Of a stretch of DNA of 64,000 nt, positions 20,601 through 26,102 are shown in pieces. Made by a program: the position numbers and the translations under genes. The notes under the pieces are model-generated. The model made no database searches, had not been told where the DNA came from, and was given only the letters and a program-made list of their open reading frames with translations. This DNA is from an uncultured Acidobacteriota bacterium. GTDB lineage: Bacteria; Acidobacteriota; Vicinamibacteria; Vicinamibacterales; 2-12-FULL-66-21. How positions within the stretch are numbered: position 1 is the first letter of the stretch; every line of letters begins with the position of its first letter. The stretch spans positions 142,369-206,368 of the forward strand of contig CAVRXL010000003.1 of assembly GCA_963725145.1 (NCBI GenBank), written 5' to 3'.

Positions 20601-21350
20601 GTGCTGCTGGACGGCACGGTCGTGGCGCGCGGGCACGACGGCGCGCGGGAGATCGAAGCGCCGGCGACCCTGGGCTTCGAGGAGGCGCTCGCGGGGCGGC
20701 CCATGGCCGAAACGGTCCGCGCCTCGGGCCCGGCCGTCGCGCTGTCGGCGCCGGCCGATGCCGTGCACGCGCTGCTCGCCGACAACACGGACCTCGTCGA
20801 GGGGCTGTTCCGCACGCTGGTGGAGGCTGCACCCGTCAGCGCCGCCGATGCGCGCGCGGTGATCAAAGGGGCAGAGCCCGACGATCTTCAGGCTCTCACC
20901 AAGGACGGACTCACACCGATCGAGAAAGTCCTCGTGCTCCAGTCGGTGCCGGTCTTCGCGCGCGTGTCGGCCGAGGAGCTGCTGCAGATCGCCGCCATCG
21001 CGCGCGAGACGAAGCTCGAGCCGCAGACGCAGCTGGCGGCTGAGGGGGATGCGGCCGGCATCATCGCGGTCATCACCGGCGAGTTGTCGCTGGAGCCGCC
21101 CCCTCAGGATCCGCGCGACCCGGGCTCTCGAATGCAGACCCTGAGCGCCTCGCCCGGGGACGTCGCCGGCGTCTACGAGACGATGGCCGGCCTGCCGTTC
21201 GGCCGAACGATCCACGTCACACGGCGCGGCAGCGCGCTGCGGATCGAGCGCGCGGATCTGTTCGACCTGGCCGGGCAACGGCCGGCCCTGCTCCAGCAGA
21301 TGTTCGAGGCGTTGTTCAGATCTGATGAAGCGGTCGGGTCAACCGCCTGA
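17646..21350 (+). CDS. TLC/AAA-type MFS transporter fused to a HEAT-repeat domain and two cyclic-nucleotide-binding domains
   Basis: Paralogue of the gene at 14781-17612 (RQAKRVFGFIGGGSSLG). Two C-terminal cNMP-binding-like modules: LPLFASLWVDELFRIA... and VPVFARVSAEELLQIA.... The ATG at 17646 is preferred; the ORF track starts at 17373, which overlaps the divergent gene. Confidence 0.7.
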   Translation: MSLRRLLSPLVELRDREAPTALLMFAYSFCAMAGWNVVKPATRSQFINSLGADNLPYVQLVAGLIMGFVIQGYTSAMKLLPRRWVFAATQVVMIGLLLGFWVLFQTGQGWVSVAFYLWGVLAGSLLISQFWTLANDVYDPRQAKRVFGFIGGGSSLGGMVGAGFAGQYAKAIGTTNLILVAAVILAVCFGVIWMITMREKPAETGKVGGEEDSISLREAVQLLMQSKHFQVIALVISFAAIGAGIVEQQMNMAVEGQIADKDARTAFIGNVIFYSSLAGFFIQMTLTSRLHRLLGIGFALLLLPMTLGATGVLMLMVPMLWTSAVARGVDTALRYNVDKTTREILFMPLPTTMKYQAKPFADVAVDRFAKGLGALLLIIAIKGFGFTWWQLSYINLVVAALWALLALRARREYLRSFRKGLETRGIDTGDLRATVADLVTIETLVEELAHPDEARVVYAIDVLESLDKRNLVTPLLLYHASPAVRSRALTALSSVRPDVAARWLPSVERMLGDASADVRAAAIGALAAIRGEDAAGLARPLIDDPDPRIAGTAAVVLAGSSQEKDREDAEAALVRIAGDTRSEAAAARRDLAAALGRLAHPGLRPLLIPLLYDPDRSVAEEALRTAKALGPHDFLFVPTLVSLLRNRRLKSAARDVLVSYGESVLDALDHFLRDQEEDVWVRRHLPATIAQFETQRAVDILTSVLAEPDGFLRYKAVAGLERLRRARPDLNFPREPIETLALREGRQFFTYLTLDHNLTRVRAGQDSLLAHALKEKIRRTSDRVYRLLALIYPWKDIAAARWALERGDSRAKSNASEYLDNVLTGNLRKRLVPVLEDMPLEEKVRKAHVQLRSRPRDIEETLLELINDDDQVVSAAAIDLVREQKLWALEDDVEHVLAHRDVKDWYVFEAASWTLAARRVGEARRRDLWLEPLPAVEIASRLRRLPLFASLWVDELFRIAGAGRQTRHDAGRVLLQEGALPEEVHVLLDGTVVARGHDGAREIEAPATLGFEEALAGRPMAETVRASGPAVALSAPADAVHALLADNTDLVEGLFRTLVEAAPVSAADARAVIKGAEPDDLQALTKDGLTPIEKVLVLQSVPVFARVSAEELLQIAAIARETKLEPQTQLAAEGDAAGIIAVITGELSLEPPPQDPRDPGSRMQTLSASPGDVAGVYETMAGLPFGRTIHVTRRGSALRIERADLFDLAGQRPALLQQMFEALFRSDEAVGSTA

Positions 21351-23261
21351 CGGAGTCCCGGTCTCGAGCGCGACGTGCCGGAAGATGGGCTCGACGGTGA
21401 CGAACGCGTCCACGACAGCTGGATCGAAGTGCGTACCCTTCCCGTTGACGATCAACTTGACCGCCGCGTCGTGCGACATCGACGGCTTGTACAAGTTCCT
21501 GGCGACGACGGCGTCGTAGACGTCGACGATCGCCATCACGCGGCCGGCGATCGGAATCTGCGTGCCGTGCAGCCCCTGGGGATAGCCCGTCCCATCCCAC
21601 CGCTCGTGATGGGTGTAGACGATGTCCTTCGCCATCGCCAGCGTCGCGTCGTCGCGCACTCCGACCTGCTGCTGCGCCCTGAGGATGACGTCGCGGCCGA
21701 GCACCGGGTGCTTGCGCATCTCCACGAGCTCGTCCGGCGTGAGCGGGCCAGGCTTGTTGAGGATGCGATCGGGAATGCCGACCTTGCCGATGTCGTGAAT
21801 CGGCGCCAGGCTCGACAGCAGATCGATCCGCTCGGGCGTCAGAAAGTGGTGATAGTCCGGGTTGGCGGCGAGCTGCTCGGCGATCAGCCTGGCGTACTGC
21901 TGGGTCCGCCGTGAATGCCGGCCGGTCTCGGCGTCCCGTGTCTCGGTGAGGGACAGCAGCGATTGCACCATCAGTCGCTGCGCGGCGACCTTGTCCCGTC
22001 CGGCGGTGTCGGCCCGGCGGCGTTCGACGGTGAACTTCGCCAGAATCATGACGGCGAGCCCGGCGATCGCGCCGAGCGTCGGAAAGAGCGGCGACACGAA
22101 CACTCCGCGGCTCGAGAGCAGCAAGCCGGCGCCGACCCACAGCGCCAGGATGCTCGCGAAGCCTCCGGCCAGGCCGGTCGCGACGCCGGTCCTCGCGACC
22201 AGCAGCGCCACCGCGAGCCCCAGCACGAACCCGGCCTGGCTCTCGACGATGGCGCCGAACTCGGAGCGCCGCAGGAAGTCCTGCTGGAGCAGGTTGTCGG
22301 CGACGGTCGCCTGAACCTCCACGCCGGCGAAGAGCGTATCGAGCGGGGTCGCCACGACCTCGCGCGTTCCGAGGGCCGTCGTGCCGACGAACACGATCTT
22401 TCCGCGAAGCATCCCTTCCGGCACCTGTCCGTCCAGCACGTCCGCCGCCGACACGTATGGAAATGTTTTCTTCTTGCCCCGATAACGCAGCAGGAGATTG
22501 CTCTTTCCGTCGACCGGCACGACGCGGTCGTCCATCCTCAGTGAGGCGGCATTGATGTTCGAGATGCGAAGCGCCATCTCGCGGGCGCCCGTCGTCGCCA
22601 TCACCGCTCTGAGGGCGAGGCTGGGATAGACGCGGCCGTTCAGCCCGACCAGCAGCGGCACCCGCCTGAGGATGCCGTCGGCGTCCGGCGCCGCGTTCAG
22701 GAAACCCGAGGCGCCGGCCGCCTCCGCCAGGTTGGGAAGGCTGCACACGACGCCGTTTGCCTGAAAGTACGGCGAGGCGCCGGTGTCCTCTCTCGGATGA
22801 ACGAGGGCGATCCCGACCGGGTGCAGCACGCAGCTATCGCGCGCGTCCGGTCTCGAGTCGAACCTCATCGCGTAGCCGAGCACGACGTGTCCTTCACGTA
22901 GGCGCGCGGCGAACACCTCGTCCGCCCGGGCCCGATCGGATTCTGCGAACACGATATCCAACGCGACCGTCGCCGCACCCAGTTCGCGCAGCCGCGTGAT
23001 CAGTTCGCCGACCTGGTCACGGCCCCACGGCCATTGGCCGATCGTCGCCAGGCTTCGCTCGTCCACGTCGACGATGACGACGCCGCCGCCGGGCGGCCGG
23101 GCGGAAGCCGAGCGCACCAGGATGTCGTAGACCGTGTGCTCGAGGCGAGTGAGAAGCGTGGGGCGATACACGGCCACGATGGCCGTGATGAGGACGGGAA
23201 TCAGGCCGCACAGGAACACCAGACGGCGACGAGTCGGGCCGGCTGCGGTCGATCTCTTCAA
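21339..23261 (-). CDS. CHASE2 sensor domain / HD-GYP phosphodiesterase
   Basis: N-terminal transmembrane segment plus a periplasmic CHASE2-like region, then three transmembrane segments. The C-terminus carries HDIGKVGIP ... HHERWDGTGYPQGL. Confidence 0.85.
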   Translation of the reverse strand: MKRSTAAGPTRRRLVFLCGLIPVLITAIVAVYRPTLLTRLEHTVYDILVRSASARPPGGGVVIVDVDERSLATIGQWPWGRDQVGELITRLRELGAATVALDIVFAESDRARADEVFAARLREGHVVLGYAMRFDSRPDARDSCVLHPVGIALVHPREDTGASPYFQANGVVCSLPNLAEAAGASGFLNAAPDADGILRRVPLLVGLNGRVYPSLALRAVMATTGAREMALRISNINAASLRMDDRVVPVDGKSNLLLRYRGKKKTFPYVSAADVLDGQVPEGMLRGKIVFVGTTALGTREVVATPLDTLFAGVEVQATVADNLLQQDFLRRSEFGAIVESQAGFVLGLAVALLVARTGVATGLAGGFASILALWVGAGLLLSSRGVFVSPLFPTLGAIAGLAVMILAKFTVERRRADTAGRDKVAAQRLMVQSLLSLTETRDAETGRHSRRTQQYARLIAEQLAANPDYHHFLTPERIDLLSSLAPIHDIGKVGIPDRILNKPGPLTPDELVEMRKHPVLGRDVILRAQQQVGVRDDATLAMAKDIVYTHHERWDGTGYPQGLHGTQIPIAGRVMAIVDVYDAVVARNLYKPSMSHDAAVKLIVNGKGTHFDPAVVDAFVTVEPIFRHVALETGTPSGG

Positions 23262-23270
23262 GCTGGACGA

Positions 23271-23921
23271 CTATCTCACCACGATCTCGACGCGGCGGTT
23301 GCGCGACTCCGGCGTGGCATCGGGTGTGGAAATCAGCTGGTCGGCCTCGCCGTGCGACGTGACCTCGATCAGCGTCGCGTCGAGTCCGACCTCCACCAGA
23401 AGATTTCGGACGAATGTCGCGCGCTTCCGCCCCAGCTCGATATTCGCCTGCGGCTGTCCCATCGTGTCGGTATGCCCGACGACCGCCACCTCGGGGAAGA
23501 CGCGCTCCTTGACCGTCTTGAGAACTTCGGGCACGAGCGCACGGGATCCATCCGTGAGCTCGTCGGTGTCGAACTTGAAGAACAGGACGTAATGGCGCGG
23601 CGCGGGCGGAAGCGCGGAGAGCACGCCGCCGAACTGGCGCTTCACGTCCGCCTCGCTCATTTTGGTCACCGGGCTGGGCGGAAGGCTCGGCGACGCGGTC
23701 GTCGAGTCGTGGACCGCGGTCAAGTCGACGGTGCCTGACGAATTCGTGACGCGCGCCCGACCGGCCCGGCCGGCGCCGCCGTTCTCGTCGTCCGGGAGCA
23801 ACAGGACCAGCGTCTGCCCGGACGGCGGCGCGACGACCGGGGCTTTCTTCGGCGCGCAGCCCACCGCCACGGCCGCCGCGAATGCGGCAAGCGCGACGGT
23901 GAGCGCCCGTCCGTTCTTCAC
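23271..23921 (-). CDS. OmpA-family lipoprotein
   Basis: Lipoprotein signal ...AVAVGC. The C-terminus VVGHTDTMG...NRRVEIVV is an OmpA_C-like peptidoglycan-binding domain. Confidence 0.85.
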   Translation of the reverse strand: MKNGRALTVALAAFAAAVAVGCAPKKAPVVAPPSGQTLVLLLPDDENGGAGRAGRARVTNSSGTVDLTAVHDSTTASPSLPPSPVTKMSEADVKRQFGGVLSALPPAPRHYVLFFKFDTDELTDGSRALVPEVLKTVKERVFPEVAVVGHTDTMGQPQANIELGRKRATFVRNLLVEVGLDATLIEVTSHGEADQLISTPDATPESRNRRVEIVVR

Positions 23922-24370
23922 TACTCCTGAACCCGGAAGATGAGGCTCGTTCCGCGCACGCCGACAATCGCCGCCGGCGTTTCGAGACGGATCGAATCGG
24001 GCGCGAGCTTGGCGATCCGGCCCGAGACGTACGCCGCGACGCCCCGCACGAACCTGAGCACCATGCCGACGTCCTTGCCCGGCTCGTACGCGAAGCGCTC
24101 GAGGCGCACTTCACTCGTCGGCCCGAGAGAGAGACGCGTATCGTCCTTCAGCGTGACGCCGATGTTGCCATCAGCGCCGGTCCGAAGGCTGTCCGCCGCG
24201 TACACGACGTCCCCGGCCTTCGCCGGGATGTCCGCGCCGGCGCGCACGATGAACGCCGCACCCGACGCGACCTTGATTCGTCCCGCGGCCGCCGGCTGCT
24301 GGGCAAACGCAGAGGTGGCGGTCGCGAAGACGACAGCGAGGACGCCGACCGACCATCGCAGAGTGGTCAT
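23921..24370 (-). CDS. FecR-domain protein, secreted
   Basis: The start at 24370 gives MTTLRWSVGVLAVVFATATSAFAQ (signal peptide). The FecR-like core is GDVVYAADSLRTGADGNIGVTLKDDTRLSLGPTSEV. The stop overlaps the OmpA start by 1 nt. The ORF-track extension to 24625 runs through a repeat array. Confidence 0.75.
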   Translation of the reverse strand: MTTLRWSVGVLAVVFATATSAFAQQPAAAGRIKVASGAAFIVRAGADIPAKAGDVVYAADSLRTGADGNIGVTLKDDTRLSLGPTSEVRLERFAYEPGKDVGMVLRFVRGVAAYVSGRIAKLAPDSIRLETPAAIVGVRGTSLIFRVQE

Positions 24371-24539
24371 TGAAGCTCCTCCGATTAAAGGACATGCGCT
24401 ATGCGCAGATCCGCGCAGCTTTCCCCCCGAAATGGCACACCCACTTACGAAAGTGGCGGTCCCCCGAGGGGTTCTGCCCCGGATTCTGCCGGTATTCCGT
24501 GTTATCGGCACAGCTTGCACCCGGCATGCCGAACTAGAA

Positions 24540-24597
24540 GGTTCGAGCAGGTTCGAACGGGTTCGAGGGGGTTCGAGGTGGTTCGAGACCAGTTCGT
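24540..24597. repeat. Tandem decamer array GGTTCGANNN (about 5.5 units, strict 10-bp phase)
   Basis: The units ggttcgagca, ggttcgaacg, ggttcgaggg, ggttcgaggt and ggttcgagac are read directly. The array lies in the divergent intergenic region. Confidence 0.9.
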
Positions 24598-24642
24598 GAT
24601 ATGAGTTGAGGTGCCGGGCCTGCATATGACGGAGTGGTGTAC

Positions 24643-25617
24643 ATGACCCGGTTCCTCACGTGCGGGGCGCTCGCCGCAAGTGTCCTTGGCGTTCTCGGCG
24701 CGGTCGAGCGGCAGCAACCCACGTTCAAGGGCACGGGCGAGGCGGTCCGTGTATTCGTCACGGTGACGGATCGCGACGGCCGGTTGGTCCCGGCGCTCAC
24801 GCGCGACGACTTCGAGGTCCGCGACGAGGGAAAGCCGCAGCCGATCACCCTCTTCGACAACTCCCCTCAACCGATCCGGCTCATCGTCATGCTGGACGTT
24901 TCGGGCAGCATGGAAGGCAACCTGCCGCTGCTGCGCGCCGCCGCGGAACAGCTCTTCGCGCGGCTGCGTCCGGACGATGTCGCGCGCGTCGGCTCGTTCG
25001 GCCGCGAGGTCACGATCAGTCCCGCCTTCACGCGCGACCTGGCCGCGCTGAGAAGTGCGCTGCCCACCGCGATTGCCCCTGATGCGCCCACGCCGCTCTG
25101 GCGCGCGATCGACGAGTCCGTGAAGGCATTCGGCCAGGAGGATGCCGGGCGGCCGGTCGTCCTCGTGCTGAGCGACGGGAAGGACAGCGGGCCGATGTTC
25201 GGCCAGGGATTCATCAGCCAGGTCGAGGTGATCGACCGCGCGCGCGCCGGCGACGTGATGGTGTACGGCATCGGGATGCGCAGCCGCGGCCGCCGGCCGA
25301 TGACGCCTGGAATCGGTCCCGGAGGTCTGCAGGCGGCGCTGACGGCCGATCTGCCCGATCCCGGCCTCGCGCGCGTGGCGGAGGAAACGGGCGGCGGCTT
25401 TGCGGAGATTCGCTACGGCGAGGATCTCGGCGCCGCCTTTGCGCGAGTCGCCGACGAGCTGCACAGCCAGTACCTCATCGGCTTCGAGCCACCCAAGCGC
25501 GACGGCAAGGTGCACGACGTCGATGTGCGGGTCAAGCTGAAGGACATGAAGCCACGCGCGCGCAAGAGCTACGTCGCGCCAGGCGGGAAGAGCTCTTCGT
25601 CAGGTCCTTCCGACTAG
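24643..25617 (+). CDS. VWA-domain protein (acidobacterial VWFA-related type)
   Basis: Signal peptide. The N-terminal module is FKGTGEAVRVFVTVTDRDGRLV...DDFEVRDEGKPQ. The MIDAS-like motif is MLDVSGSM. Confidence 0.8.
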   Translation: MTRFLTCGALAASVLGVLGAVERQQPTFKGTGEAVRVFVTVTDRDGRLVPALTRDDFEVRDEGKPQPITLFDNSPQPIRLIVMLDVSGSMEGNLPLLRAAAEQLFARLRPDDVARVGSFGREVTISPAFTRDLAALRSALPTAIAPDAPTPLWRAIDESVKAFGQEDAGRPVVLVLSDGKDSGPMFGQGFISQVEVIDRARAGDVMVYGIGMRSRGRRPMTPGIGPGGLQAALTADLPDPGLARVAEETGGGFAEIRYGEDLGAAFARVADELHSQYLIGFEPPKRDGKVHDVDVRVKLKDMKPRARKSYVAPGGKSSSSGPSD

Positions 25618-26024
25618 CGTCGAGCGCTCGTGGTGGCGCGATCGAAGCTCGCAGCACCAACGCGCTCCCGAACCGCGCCGATGTCCTGAACGGGCCGGAC
25701 CTCGACACACCCGGTCTGTGCCCACGGGAACTGCGATGCGATCCGGACGGCCTCCTCCATGTTGTCGGCCTCGATCAGGTTGAAGCCGCCCAACACTTCT
25801 TTCGTCTCGGTGAAGGGCCCATCGACCACTGTCTGACGGCCGTTCCGGATGCGAATGGACCTGGCGGTTGCCGGGGCCTGAAGCATCTGCGAGTCGAGCA
25901 GCTGGCCGTCCTGACGCAGATCGTCCGCCTTCGCCAGACAGTGACGCATCATCTCGTCGAACTGACCGGGCGGCAGAGCATCGAGCAGCGTGCTGTCGGT
26001 ATAAATCAACACCATGAACTTCAT
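25614..26024 (-). CDS. YciI/DGPF-family protein
   Basis: 136 aa. MKFMVLIY..., DGPFTETKEVLGGF and IEADNMEEA are typical of YCII-related proteins. An AAGGAA SD is present. Confidence 0.8.
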   Translation of the reverse strand: MKFMVLIYTDSTLLDALPPGQFDEMMRHCLAKADDLRQDGQLLDSQMLQAPATARSIRIRNGRQTVVDGPFTETKEVLGGFNLIEADNMEEAVRIASQFPWAQTGCVEVRPVQDIGAVRERVGAASFDRATTSARR

Positions 26025-26041
26025 ACTGGTTCCTTAGAAAG

Positions 26042-26059
26042 GCAGCCCTAAAGGGCTGC
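26042..26059 (-). terminator. Hairpin GCAGCCC-TAAA-GGGCTGC downstream of the GGT-fusion gene
   Basis: 7-bp GC stem with a 4-nt loop. A near-identical hairpin occurs at 41258-41275. Confidence 0.45.
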
Positions 26060-26067
26060 GCTACGAA

Positions 26068-26102
26068 ACTCAGAACTCACAACTCACAACTCAGAACTCA
26101 AC
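26068..26102. repeat. Tandem heptamer ACTCA(G/C)A x5
   Basis: actcaga actcaca actcaca actcaga actcaac, read directly. The array overlaps the stop codon of the gene ending at 26098. Confidence 0.85.

Noticed and set aside
24540-24597. GGTTCGA cores resembling the tRNA T-loop (GGTTCGAATCC). Also seen at 14721-14730.
   Set aside because: No acceptor, D or anticodon arms can be folded around any copy, and the cores recur at strict 10-bp spacing. I found no tRNA gene anywhere in the window.
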